Positions 54,501 through 64,000 of a stretch of 64,000 nucleotides of DNA are shown here, in pieces. The notes beneath the pieces were generated by a model. The model was not told the DNA's origin. It made no database searches and saw nothing but the letters and a program-made list of their open reading frames with translations. The translations under genes were made by a program, and so were the position numbers. Each line of letters starts with the position of its first letter. Position 1 is the first letter of the stretch. Source of the stretch: a virus; IMG/VR virus record IMGVR_UViG_3300021375_001810. One strand, written 5' to 3'.

Positions 54501-57500
54501 GTTTCTATCTTAGAAAAAAATAGAGATGCTATTGTACAAGAAGTTTTATTATTCTTAGATGAATCGTCAACTAATAATTTAAACAATGGTGGCTTTGGTG
54601 ATTATACTCAAGTTGAACTAACACTAACGGGCAACGTAACATTTAGCAGAGGCGACACAGTTACACAAGCAGGAAGTGGAGTAACTGGTAAAGTAAAAAG
54701 TGATAGCACTGGAAATTCAGTAATTATTGTAGGACCAGATGGTATATTTGATACTAGTGGCGAACTTTCAGTAGGTGGAGTAAGCAAAGGAGCAAATAGT
54801 GTTCCGGCTACAGTACCAGCGGCAGTTGCATTTACATATGGTCCAAAATGTGCAAGAGACTTAGGACTTATTGTTGATGCATTGGCATTTGACTTAGAAA
54901 AAGGTCTTGTTGATCAGTCGCTTGAAGCACAAGGAAGATACTATGCAGGTGCTGTAGAAGTAGGTCAAGAAGTTATAACTTCAGCAGCCATTTTAGAAAT
55001 TGGTAACATTGCACAGGCACTACTTGGTGCATCAGCAACACCAGTTGGAACTCCAAGTGTTCCAAGTTCAAGACAGGCGGCATCAGCATGGGATATTGCA
55101 GTGACAACATCACAACTTGCTGAAGCAGGAACAAGTACTATTGTTTCTGGATTATTAAATATTATAGTATTTGCGTTTAACAGCGAATACAATCCACCTA
55201 AGCACAACAAAGATATGGATGTCTTCTTAATGAATGACGCAACTATCTTACGTAACATGACTGTACAAGGTCATGGTGGATTTATGTGTGTACTTGATCC
55301 AGATGGACAGATACTTACTAAATCACCATACATACAAACAGGATCAAGTTTCTCACAATCAATAAACAAACAAGCATTTAGAGGTGGTATGTTTGTTGAT
55401 GGTTTTGTAAGTAACATGCCATTAGAAATTGTTGATAACATTACAAGTGCAGGTGTTAATGCACCATTTGAAATATTTGTAAGAAGTAGAAGAGATTCTA
55501 AACAAGTTAATAGTAACGGAGTAGGACTTGGATTATTTGCAAGACGTCCTCAACTACCTGCACCATTCTATGTAAACGGTGTACGTTACCAAGTTAATGC
55601 TATTAGAAACTATGACCCTACTAACGGTACAGCAGAACTTATACTTGATAAAAATTCAAACCCAGATGCAAATGATGAAGGACAAGGTTGGATTGGTGGA
55701 GAAAATTATCCAATCGTACTTCAAACAGCTGGTAACAGATCTATGCTTGGTAATGACTTTACGCAAGTTAATGATTTAGGTTACGGACTATTATGTACTA
55801 ACAATGGTATATCTGAAATGGTTAGTATGTTTACATACTACTGTCACGCAGCTTATTATGCAAATAACGGTTCAGAGATTAGATCGTTAAATGGATCAAA
55901 CGCTTATGGTAACTTTGGACTAGTTGCTGCAGGCGGTGACCCGAACGAAGTTGCACAAACTGGTTCATTAGCATTTAATACTTCACAAACAGGTAAAGTA
56001 TATCTGAACCCAAGTGCTAGTGCAAACGCTAACGCATTACAAACATTTATATATGCATATGATACAGATTTTGCTCCTTTACCAGAAGGTGAAATTGATG
56101 TAACATATAACGAAGAAAAAGAGATTGCTAGTATATCAGCAGCTAATCCTGTTGTATTAAATGTTGAAGCTCATGGATTTGTAGAAGGACAACGAGTACT
56201 TGTATCTGACAGTAATATTCCTACTACTGGTGGAGGTGCTAACCCAGGACTAGACGGAATTCGATATGTTGGTCCTAACCCATCAACAGGAACTTTAACA
56301 CTTTACACTGACGCATCATTGACTACAACATTAAACGGTTCGTCATATAATGCAGGTTCGTTAGGTAATAATGCTGCAATACAAGATGCCGGCGGTACAG
56401 CAACATCATCAAGTAGATTTGAAGTTGTATCTGTTACTGATGCACAATCAGCAGACGGTGTTCCGGGCGTTAACGAAGTTAAACTTACTCTAAGTGGAGC
56501 ATTAACTAATGTTCCTTACAACACAAGAGTAACTATTACAGCAGGAACTGGACAGACAGCAACGGCTCCTTTAGGTAGAATAACTAGACCAATTAAAGAT
56601 GGTGTTAATAACAGTACAATTTATGTAACACTACCAGAAAATAGAGATCAGTTTAGTGTTGGAGACACAATATACACAGACGGTACTACTACAAGTAGAA
56701 CTATTGCAAGTATTGAAACTAACTTAGATAAAGCAGGGCGTAAAACTATTATTGGTGTAACAAAAGCAAACCCTGTTGTACTCGAAACTATTGGACATAA
56801 CTTTATAGACGAAGACGCAATTACTATTGTCGACGGTTCAGGAATAACAGAATTAAATGGAACGTATTATGCTAAAGTTAGCACAACTACAGGCGGAACT
56901 ACTAACGATAAACGATATGTAGAACTGTATAGTGATTCAGCATTAACTACACCAGTGAACGGAACAGGATGGGGCGGATCATACACAGCAAGATCAGGTA
57001 AAGTATTTTTAACTGAAATCGGCGGCAACCCACTAATTGGTGAAAACGGTGCTGTATGGAAACTGTCGTTCTCTAACTCAACTAATGACGAGTCAGTAAG
57101 TACAGGCGGCTTAGCAAAGCCATTGTTTGCTGGTGAGTCAATAAGTATTAGAGCAAGAGCCAAATTTATCTTAGACAATGTACAAACTGTTCCAATTAGA
57201 CCTTCAACAGCAGTTGTGTTTGAAGAACAGCCAGAAAATACTTATCGTTCTATTAACTTTGACGTAACTCCAATTAGTACTTTTGATAATGCAGGTGAAG
57301 CAACTTTACCAGATGGTCAAAACATACTTACATTTGATAGTAACTATGATTATATTAGACAAAGAGTTGAGTATAATAACTATAAAGCACAGTTTAAACT
57401 AGTACTTGCAAGTGCTATAACTGGTGCAATAGCAGAAGGATCTGTTGTTAGACAAGGGTCTGCATCTGGTACAATAACAAAATCTGAAGGCATAGGTACA

Positions 57501-60500
57501 GAAGACCTTTATATTAAAGACTGGAACGGTACTGATTTTACTGTAGGCGGAGGAAACATTGAACACGATGCCGCTGGTGACGGAAACTTTAGTAGTGTTG
57601 GCGGACTGGCAGGAAGCGGCGCTGTTAAATTAAGTTACTTAACAACAAACGGATTTAAAGAATCGTTTGGTGGTACACCAGGTGATAGATACATTGCTAT
57701 TCCAGCATTAGGTACAGAGTCTACAGTAAGAATTCAAAATGCAGATATGATATTTGCATGGAAAGACAGAGTACATAAAGTTCTTGCATATCACGATGGA
57801 GCAGGAACAAGTATTGGTTCTATCGGAACAAGAGAAGCAGGAGAACCTAATTCACATGCAACAGGATTTGCGTATTTAGAAATTGACCGTAATCCAGTAA
57901 GTAACAAATATTATGATCCAGACGAAACAGCACCTACTACAGGTATTGCTGATACATTAAATCTTGGCAATGAAAGTGATAATGTTAACCTTGCAATTGG
58001 TGTTCCAGCAGGTGAAGGCGCAGAGATTACTGTTAACATTTCATTATGTAGAGCAACAGGACATGACTTTAGTAACATTGGTACAGGTGGATTTAATACA
58101 TCTAACTATCCAAATATTATCTTTGGACAACCTGCTTCAGATAAGACAGCAATCGTAACAAGTGATCCAACAGTAACAAAAGCACAAGTTTGGGAAAGAA
58201 ACAAAGGGCGTGTGTTCTTTGCATCAACAGACGAAGATGGATTCTTTAGAGTTGGTAAGTTCTTTACAGTTGACCAGGGTACTGGTACAATATCATTTAC
58301 AGCACAAATTAACATCTCAGGTCTAGACGGACTTGGATTTAAAGACGGTGAAATTATTAGTAAGTTTACAAGTAGTTTCACACAGGCAACAGCAGAACTT
58401 AAAAATGTCCCTACAGAAGTTGCTGTAGTAGATTACATTAATAGACGTTTAGGATTTGATGAATTTAACGTAGCAGATCCTGCACCACTTACAACAGTAA
58501 TGAGTGCAACCAATCCGCAATTAACACCAGTAACAGTAGGTGGAGAAACTACACATACACTGAACATGACAAATGGTAGAATTACTTTACTAAAACGTCC
58601 TGTTGCAGATACTGATGCGGCAACCAAAGAATACATTGATAACAGAATATTTGCAAATGATGAATTTGAAGATCTTCGTAACGTAAGTTTTTATCAAACA
58701 GATTACAATAACCAAAATGGTCAAAGTGATTTAATTGTACTAACAGGTAAAAAGAAAATATATGTCAAGTACGTTGCAGGAACTATGTTCTCAGTAAACG
58801 ATGTTATATATGGTGAAGATACTAATAGTGCAGGACGTATTGTTGACATTAGTGATACGTTTAAATTTGATAATGGTGAAAATAGTACAGACACAGCATC
58901 AGGACTTGATGTACAAGTTATAACTTATACTGTTTTACCATTAACAATGGTTAACTTAGATGCAACTGGAACTGTTGCTGTAAGAGGACAACTGTTAAGA
59001 CAACCTTCAACAGGCGCACAAGGTTATGTATTACATCCACAAACTGTAGTTGGATCAGGTAAAACAAGTGCTACACAGATAATTCTAAGAGAAGTAACAG
59101 GATCATTTAATGGTACTGCTATTGAACTTGTAAACAATCCAGGTGGTAGTGAAACTGTAGTTGCAACATCAGCATTGGTTACTAGCACAGCAGCTATTGC
59201 AGACGGTGTAAGTGGAGATCCTATAGACTTCCAAGCAGAAACTATATCAAACGGAAGTGTATCAAGAAATACTACACAAGGTAGAGATGGTCTTGCTGTA
59301 TATCCAATGGTTGAAGTTGCAAACGCAAGTGAAAGCAAAACTGGTAATCCTGGTGATGCATCACGTAGTGATATTAACATAACAGTAACTAGATCAGAAG
59401 ATGCTACAAGTGTTAACTTACAATATCAAGCAGAAAGTTTACTAGATGCAGATGTTAATACAAACGCAGACATACAACAACAAAAACTATTAATGCAAAA
59501 GGCTCCTGTATTACAGGACAGTGACGACTTTGAAGACTTTACTACTAATGGTAGAAGAGTAAGTCAAGCAAACAAAGGTATTGCTGCGTTCTCTGCAGAT
59601 GCATTTGCTGAAGATCAAATATTTGTATTCACAGGATCTATTAGTGCAAACGTAGGCGATATTATAACACAAGGTTCTAGTACTGGTTACATTGATAAAG
59701 TTATTAATGGCACTACTCTTAAAGTTAGAACAAGTGATACATTTGTTACAGGTGGAGCAACAACATGCTTTATTACACCAATAACAACATTTAACTTACC
59801 TGGAAGTGCTAACGCTGTACAACAGACTTCAAGCATAAAAGGAACACCGGTTGATTCAACTAGAACTATTACTACAATAGAAAAAACTGGTTTTGTTAAT
59901 GTTAAAGATAGAGGTATAACATTTGATAAGATTCAAGATATTCCAGAAAAAACTGTAATTGGTAGAGGTGACATTGGTGACCCTGCATACAATACAGACG
60001 GTATACCATACGCTGTTAGTTTTGATCAAATTATTGATTTAGGCGGGGCAATACAAGATAAGGATTTTGCAAACAGTACAATTACAGAAGTTGGCGGTTG
60101 GGTAATACAAACCGAAGGACTTGTTAGTGTTGCAAACGGTGCAACTGTAAGTTCAGGTGGTGTTAGTGCAACTGTACAAGGCGCTGTTACAAGTGAAAAT
60201 AAAATTATTGTTATAAATGCAACTAGTACTTTCCCAGGAACAGGAACACTTGCAGGAGTAACAGCAGACAGTCATGCATCTGCAGCAACTATTGTAAGTG
60301 CAACTCAATTCTCAAGTTCGGGTGAAGCACTAGTTAAAATGGCTGAAGGTGTATATGGTACTACACAGATTACTAAAGCAGGTGAAGGTAACCAATTAGT
60401 ACGTACACTTGATAGTAACGATCAAAACGATCTAACATTTGTTTCAGCAAACACTGAAGGATTTATTAATGTTAAAGGATTGTTAGTTGATAGTCGTAGA

Positions 60501-63248
60501 GCATTAGATACACGTACTGCCAGTGGCGATACATTCTTAGACATTTATACACCAAACGAAAATTTAGCAATGAGCATATCAGGTGTTACTCCTGGCGCTA
60601 GTGAAGTTGACGAAAGTATAGTTGAAATTCCTACAGCAAGTGTTGACATTGGTGACATGGGTATAAGAGTAGAGCAAGTTACTTTACCGGCAACAGGCAA
60701 AAACGGTCATGCCAGTGTGTTCCAACAGAACGCATCTGGTAATACGCCAGCAAATAGTAAACCACATTTGGCTGTTGATTGGGTGTTTACAAACTTTATT
60801 CAAGACCCAGACGATCTAACAGCAACTGGTTCAGGTATTGCATTAGGTGCAGTTACACCATTAACAACTGCTGGTCAAACAGCAATTATTGCTAACGGTA
60901 AAAAAGCATTATTAGCAGATGCAACAGGAGTTGTACTAAGATCAGGAGACGTCGATGTACTAACAGCATTATCAGGAACAACCACAGTTAAAAATGCATT
61001 TACTGTTGAAGGTAATACAACACTTGGCAGTGGCGATGATACATTAAGTATTGGGTCAACTATCATTACTGATGTTGACTTGCAAAGAACTAATGCAGAC
61101 TCCGCAGGTTATACTTTAGACATTATTAAGAAAACAAGTAGTGTTGCAAACGCAGACGGTGTTGGTACTATTAACTTTAGAAGCAATGATAGTGCAGGAC
61201 CAATTGCTACTTTACATACATACGGTGCTATAAAATCAACAATAGCCGATATTGCAACTGCAAGTAAAGATGGTAAACTTGAATTACAAGTACAAAGAAA
61301 TAATACTCTTACTACAGCAATAGCAATTGACGATGAAGTTGATGTTACTGGCGTATTAAATGTTAGTGGCGCACTAAATGCAGCTAGTACATTGAATGCA
61401 AACTTAACTACTGACGCAACTAGCACATCTTCAGGATCATTGATTGTAGATGGTGGTGCAGGTATTGCTAAGAAACTATACGTCGGTGGCAACTTTGACA
61501 TAGGTGGTAAGTTTAATGTAACAGCATCTAGTGGTAATACAGATATTGACGGTACTCTTGTTGTCAACGATACAACTGATGCATCAAGTTCAACAACAGG
61601 GTCAGTAATAATTGACGGTGGTGTTGGCATTGCTAAGAAATTGTATGTTGGAAGTGATTTAGATGTTACAGGAAATGCTGTAATTGACGGTGACTTAACC
61701 GTTAGTGGAAACTTTGACTTAGGTGATGATGTTACTGCTGATACATTTACTATTGCAAGTACACTTGACACACCACATATTAAAATTAGAAATACACAAG
61801 AAAACAACGGTGTTAGTGATAATATAATTGAATTCTTCCATGACACAGCAACACCAGCTGATAACGACTACTTAGGTTCATTACACTTTAAGATGGACAA
61901 TTCGGCAATTGCCACTGACGGTGGTGTTAATTCTGAAATGGTTGTTAGAGCTGTTGATGTAACTGGAGGCAGTGAAAAATCTACGTTTGACTTCTTAACA
62001 GCTAGTGGAACTAATGCATCTGCATTAAAATTCCAAATTGGTACTGATGCAGTTATAACTCATGCAAGTATTTTGCCTGATGCAAATGAGTCAGTGGACC
62101 TTGGTGCTGCTGGTCAAACGTTTGGACAAGTACATGCATCAGCATTTGTTGGACCAGTAAATGGGGATATTACAGGTGATATTACAGGTGATGTAACTGG
62201 TGACTTAACTGGTAATGCTGACACAGCAACTAGTTTGAAGGACGGCTCAGCTAATGAAGTACCGTACCAAAGCGCCACAGGCACAACTAGTTATGTAGCA
62301 GCAAACACAACAGCAACACAAAAATTCTTAGCAATGACTAATAGTGCAGCTCCAGTATGGGACACACTTGATGCAAGTGCTGTTGACAGTGGTACATTTG
62401 CTGATGCTAGAATACCAAGTTTAAATGCAAGTAAAACTAATGCTGGTACATTTGATGCTGATAGAATACCAAATTTAAATGCAAGTAAAATTAATGCTGG
62501 TACGTTTGATAGTGCTAGATTACCTGACTTGGCAGTTAGCGACTTTGGTGGTGCAGCTGTTCAAACAGGCACTGAAGTTGCAGCTGATGGTACAAGTTTA
62601 ACTGACAACGATACTTCATTCTTAACAGCGGCCGCTATTAAAAACTTTGTTGAAGGTAAAGGATATGCTACAAGCTCAGGTGGAGTTTCAGATGCAACGA
62701 ACGCAGCTAATTTTGCTGTTAACACTGCAGGTACACCAACTACTGGTAGTTTTAATGTTGTATTAGTTGCTAGTAACACTGGTAATAATGCGGCAAGAGT
62801 AGACAGCGGAGGACTTAGTTTTAATGTTGGTAATCAAACACTTAATACTACAGCATCGTCAGCAAACTACGCTGACTTGGCAGAGAAATATGTAGGCGAC
62901 GAAGCATACGAACCAGGTACTGTTGTTGTATTTGGCGGTGATGAAGAAATTACTGCGTGTACAATAAAAGGTGATCGTAAAGTAGCAGGTGTTGTATCAA
63001 CTGATCCTGCATACTTAATGAACAATCAGTTAGAAGGCGATACTGTTATTCCATTAGCACTAACAGGGCGTGTTCCTTGTAAAGTAATTGGTACTGTTGC
63101 TAAAGGTGACATGCTTGTAACTAGTGCTGTTCCTGGATATGCTATTGTTGATAACGATCCTAAGATGGGTACTGTAATTGGTAAGGCTGTAGGAACAAAA
63201 GAAGATGACGGCAAAGGCACTGTAGAAGTTGTAGTTGGTCGCTTATAA
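51591..63248 (+). CDS. Giant virion structural / tail-fibre protein (3885 aa)
   Basis: N-terminal NDGTGDSIREAF.KVN.NF (baseplate gp9/gp10-like), AATK.YVD fibre motifs, beta-helix-like segment, two ANPVV..HGF/HNF domains, GGxGIAKKLYVG repeats, C-terminal ADLAEKY..YEPGTVV domain. Confidence 0.85.
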   Translation: MAQGKQDINIGVEGNDGTGDSIREAFRKVNDNFTQLYAVFGQGGSISFTEFSDTPTLTQLQENPSTFSRPTLPVVDVAAEGSKLEFRKLVSNSFLDASIDDTVTFSLTQGGYIVVTAAGGQLEEDEKPKINSTGGGINASGNIIAGMPTSLNDIESKLSVLNAAHDGAGYTTDSVAISKGFADTNYLKSTGGGTGAQIRVRTEDQIFTEDYSFTIDSFTAGVANITGRTVDGTLITVPAGHGLDSGANGLPFRYETTGTSATATPASSAVAQPLTDLNPVYVRVASATSLEFYENAEAAKNATANRKISFQAGTGSGTQSLVDAEYQPSILDGKFLANEAMPREAALRRQGDQMDGTLYLDKHPGDLANITTGLEDLQAATKFYVDNTSYASNVNLFVSLQGDDNQVNTPAGKEGRALSYAYRTLNAALQKAEEIIETSKLEPGPYMQTITINDTTPTHVLSGNTNTLGFKVPATYNGQQTANFKALMDNNKAFVQEEVIAWTNAQIAAANAAVSLDPNVPAEAELIKWKNFTYDEDICKRDVGLIYESLKLDVISGTNANKLSRQAGLRYYSNASGAIAIGPQKSQTLASIAKVEEITRQYVLTNSPWQGGVGNPGVYQTDVQQNVVAPGTPAPADAIARVGDLFDIIEGIINNGISGAPVLQEGSVYVIEVDNGGNGNVYQGQASNTDLIPGKVITGSKSGAVSRIVNYYRGDELGGAGNDQIELQLEEPIEFIARSDPGVATADDPTYEAGDVLEFGNKVSQQNITVFLETGIFYEDYPLRVPANVSIKGDEFRRTHIRPRNRVSQSRWANQYFHRDNYFDNMTLHNHSVEIEGEVEVTLSQAVTVNIGDKVTQTVATGTAIGFVQEKATNSNTIVVQYFDGYDPVTNNGVPPSETGNGYADVVQFDTVVNNNISINNSVQSGTYLTTAPTQYSRDTNFGYHYALDPRRPINTQANSVVNAGGYTNAVSILEKNRDAIVQEVLLFLDESSTNNLNNGGFGDYTQVELTLTGNVTFSRGDTVTQAGSGVTGKVKSDSTGNSVIIVGPDGIFDTSGELSVGGVSKGANSVPATVPAAVAFTYGPKCARDLGLIVDALAFDLEKGLVDQSLEAQGRYYAGAVEVGQEVITSAAILEIGNIAQALLGASATPVGTPSVPSSRQAASAWDIAVTTSQLAEAGTSTIVSGLLNIIVFAFNSEYNPPKHNKDMDVFLMNDATILRNMTVQGHGGFMCVLDPDGQILTKSPYIQTGSSFSQSINKQAFRGGMFVDGFVSNMPLEIVDNITSAGVNAPFEIFVRSRRDSKQVNSNGVGLGLFARRPQLPAPFYVNGVRYQVNAIRNYDPTNGTAELILDKNSNPDANDEGQGWIGGENYPIVLQTAGNRSMLGNDFTQVNDLGYGLLCTNNGISEMVSMFTYYCHAAYYANNGSEIRSLNGSNAYGNFGLVAAGGDPNEVAQTGSLAFNTSQTGKVYLNPSASANANALQTFIYAYDTDFAPLPEGEIDVTYNEEKEIASISAANPVVLNVEAHGFVEGQRVLVSDSNIPTTGGGANPGLDGIRYVGPNPSTGTLTLYTDASLTTTLNGSSYNAGSLGNNAAIQDAGGTATSSSRFEVVSVTDAQSADGVPGVNEVKLTLSGALTNVPYNTRVTITAGTGQTATAPLGRITRPIKDGVNNSTIYVTLPENRDQFSVGDTIYTDGTTTSRTIASIETNLDKAGRKTIIGVTKANPVVLETIGHNFIDEDAITIVDGSGITELNGTYYAKVSTTTGGTTNDKRYVELYSDSALTTPVNGTGWGGSYTARSGKVFLTEIGGNPLIGENGAVWKLSFSNSTNDESVSTGGLAKPLFAGESISIRARAKFILDNVQTVPIRPSTAVVFEEQPENTYRSINFDVTPISTFDNAGEATLPDGQNILTFDSNYDYIRQRVEYNNYKAQFKLVLASAITGAIAEGSVVRQGSASGTITKSEGIGTEDLYIKDWNGTDFTVGGGNIEHDAAGDGNFSSVGGLAGSGAVKLSYLTTNGFKESFGGTPGDRYIAIPALGTESTVRIQNADMIFAWKDRVHKVLAYHDGAGTSIGSIGTREAGEPNSHATGFAYLEIDRNPVSNKYYDPDETAPTTGIADTLNLGNESDNVNLAIGVPAGEGAEITVNISLCRATGHDFSNIGTGGFNTSNYPNIIFGQPASDKTAIVTSDPTVTKAQVWERNKGRVFFASTDEDGFFRVGKFFTVDQGTGTISFTAQINISGLDGLGFKDGEIISKFTSSFTQATAELKNVPTEVAVVDYINRRLGFDEFNVADPAPLTTVMSATNPQLTPVTVGGETTHTLNMTNGRITLLKRPVADTDAATKEYIDNRIFANDEFEDLRNVSFYQTDYNNQNGQSDLIVLTGKKKIYVKYVAGTMFSVNDVIYGEDTNSAGRIVDISDTFKFDNGENSTDTASGLDVQVITYTVLPLTMVNLDATGTVAVRGQLLRQPSTGAQGYVLHPQTVVGSGKTSATQIILREVTGSFNGTAIELVNNPGGSETVVATSALVTSTAAIADGVSGDPIDFQAETISNGSVSRNTTQGRDGLAVYPMVEVANASESKTGNPGDASRSDINITVTRSEDATSVNLQYQAESLLDADVNTNADIQQQKLLMQKAPVLQDSDDFEDFTTNGRRVSQANKGIAAFSADAFAEDQIFVFTGSISANVGDIITQGSSTGYIDKVINGTTLKVRTSDTFVTGGATTCFITPITTFNLPGSANAVQQTSSIKGTPVDSTRTITTIEKTGFVNVKDRGITFDKIQDIPEKTVIGRGDIGDPAYNTDGIPYAVSFDQIIDLGGAIQDKDFANSTITEVGGWVIQTEGLVSVANGATVSSGGVSATVQGAVTSENKIIVINATSTFPGTGTLAGVTADSHASAATIVSATQFSSSGEALVKMAEGVYGTTQITKAGEGNQLVRTLDSNDQNDLTFVSANTEGFINVKGLLVDSRRALDTRTASGDTFLDIYTPNENLAMSISGVTPGASEVDESIVEIPTASVDIGDMGIRVEQVTLPATGKNGHASVFQQNASGNTPANSKPHLAVDWVFTNFIQDPDDLTATGSGIALGAVTPLTTAGQTAIIANGKKALLADATGVVLRSGDVDVLTALSGTTTVKNAFTVEGNTTLGSGDDTLSIGSTIITDVDLQRTNADSAGYTLDIIKKTSSVANADGVGTINFRSNDSAGPIATLHTYGAIKSTIADIATASKDGKLELQVQRNNTLTTAIAIDDEVDVTGVLNVSGALNAASTLNANLTTDATSTSSGSLIVDGGAGIAKKLYVGGNFDIGGKFNVTASSGNTDIDGTLVVNDTTDASSSTTGSVIIDGGVGIAKKLYVGSDLDVTGNAVIDGDLTVSGNFDLGDDVTADTFTIASTLDTPHIKIRNTQENNGVSDNIIEFFHDTATPADNDYLGSLHFKMDNSAIATDGGVNSEMVVRAVDVTGGSEKSTFDFLTASGTNASALKFQIGTDAVITHASILPDANESVDLGAAGQTFGQVHASAFVGPVNGDITGDITGDVTGDLTGNADTATSLKDGSANEVPYQSATGTTSYVAANTTATQKFLAMTNSAAPVWDTLDASAVDSGTFADARIPSLNASKTNAGTFDADRIPNLNASKINAGTFDSARLPDLAVSDFGGAAVQTGTEVAADGTSLTDNDTSFLTAAAIKNFVEGKGYATSSGGVSDATNAANFAVNTAGTPTTGSFNVVLVASNTGNNAARVDSGGLSFNVGNQTLNTTASSANYADLAEKYVGDEAYEPGTVVVFGGDEEITACTIKGDRKVAGVVSTDPAYLMNNQLEGDTVIPLALTGRVPCKVIGTVAKGDMLVTSAVPGYAIVDNDPKMGTVIGKAVGTKEDDGKGTVEVVVGRL
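62391..62526 (+). repeat. 54-bp (18-aa) tandem repeat inside the fibre gene
   Basis: GTFADARIPSLNASKTNA / GTFDADRIPNLNASKINA / GTFDSARLP; near-identical DNA. Confidence 0.85.
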
Positions 63249-63276
63249 TAAATACATGTACACAGGAGTTAAATAG

Positions 63277-64000
63277 ATGGCATTAAAAACAATTAATTTA
63301 GGAAATGTTGCTAACGACGGAACAGGTGACGATTTAAGAGAAGCATTTGAAAAGGTTGTATTTAACTTTTCTGATTTAGATGCTAGAACTCCTGAAGCAA
63401 CTACTGTAACAAATTTAGGAACAGGAAGCGGACTTTACTTTGATACAAACGTAAACGATTTAAGATTTAAATCATTAATCGGCGGACAAAATGCAACACT
63501 AACATCAACAGATAATGAAATTACAATTGACGTTGATGCAGGTGTAACACAGTTTGTCGTTGCAGGAGACACCGGTAGTTTAACGGTAACTGAAAATACT
63601 ACAGTTACTATACAGGGCGGAACTTTAGTAACTACTACAAGAGACGGTAATAACATTAGAATTGATTCTAGTGCATTGGGTAGTCTTTCACAAGACCCAG
63701 CACCGCAACTAAGTGCTTCTTTAGACGCAAACGGACAAAGTATTGGCAACATACAAACGCTGACAGCAGTTAGTGTACTAGGTAATCTTACTGGTAATGT
63801 TACTGGTAATGTACACAACATTGATATTAGAGAGTTAGACTTTTATCGTCAACCTAGTAACAGTTGGGACTTTGGATCTATTGGTGATGTAGCAGTTACA
63901 AATATTTACGACTTTTTATTTAAAACAGTAAACGTAGACTTTGGTGGCATTGCTTCAGCAACTCCTAACATAACACTAGATGCTGGCTCAATTAATATAC
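63277..64000 (+). CDS. Virion structural protein (3' end truncated)
   Basis: ATAAATA 63248, RBS AGGAG; MALKTINLGNVANDGTGDDLREAFEKV, same N-terminal motif as the upstream gene; frame open to window end. Confidence 0.85.
   Translation, partial: MALKTINLGNVANDGTGDDLREAFEKVVFNFSDLDARTPEATTVTNLGTGSGLYFDTNVNDLRFKSLIGGQNATLTSTDNEITIDVDAGVTQFVVAGDTGSLTVTENTTVTIQGGTLVTTTRDGNNIRIDSSALGSLSQDPAPQLSASLDANGQSIGNIQTLTAVSVLGNLTGNVTGNVHNIDIRELDFYRQPSNSWDFGSIGDVAVTNIYDFLFKTVNVDFGGIASATPNITLDAGSINI

Noticed and set aside
51923-63821. Minus-strand ORFs (up to 245 aa) within the giant gene and the downstream structural gene
   Set aside because: Antisense shadows caused by codon bias of Thr/Gly/Ala-rich structural proteins
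1-64000. CRISPR array, rRNA, transposase/integrase or retron/DGR reverse transcriptase
   Set aside because: No regularly spaced repeat-spacer array and no matching catalytic motifs seen; the only tandem repeats are in-frame within coding genes
1-64000. Stop-codon reassignment
   Set aside because: Conserved genes are full length in code 11 and end on TAA, TAG and TGA; no suppressor tRNA in the window

Overview
A gene-dense, AT-rich 64 kb segment, almost all on the + strand, that reads as part of a large (jumbo/T4-like) dsDNA phage genome, probably marine. Evidence: sigma70-type promoters (TTGACA-17-TATAAT) alongside T4-late-like (T)ATAAATA boxes, many short ORFans, an ATP-dependent DNA ligase and a 3885-aa virion/tail protein. 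Standard genetic code; no CRISPR array or mobile element seen. Host-like genes cover translation and quality control (permuted two-piece tmRNA, 9 tRNAs, rpsU, infA, tilS, clpP, clpS, groES, hsp20, cspA) and metabolism (glyA, guaC, queD, iscA, peroxiredoxin, uvsE). There are also a heme oxygenase + PcyX-type bilin reductase pair, a BtuM/BtuB-like uptake pair, and a curli (CsgF/CsgG/curlin) + FecR + CHASE2-cyclase module. Three top observations: (1) two phycobiliprotein-like helical domains with CxRD chromophore-type motifs inside the giant virion protein of a phage that also encodes bilin synthesis; (2) a Trp-codon leader peptide with a terminator/antiterminator upstream of the phage tRNA-Trp gene; (3) the curli-cAMP module with CRP/Clr-like boxes. 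All family calls rest on motifs recognised by eye; no database search or folding program was run.
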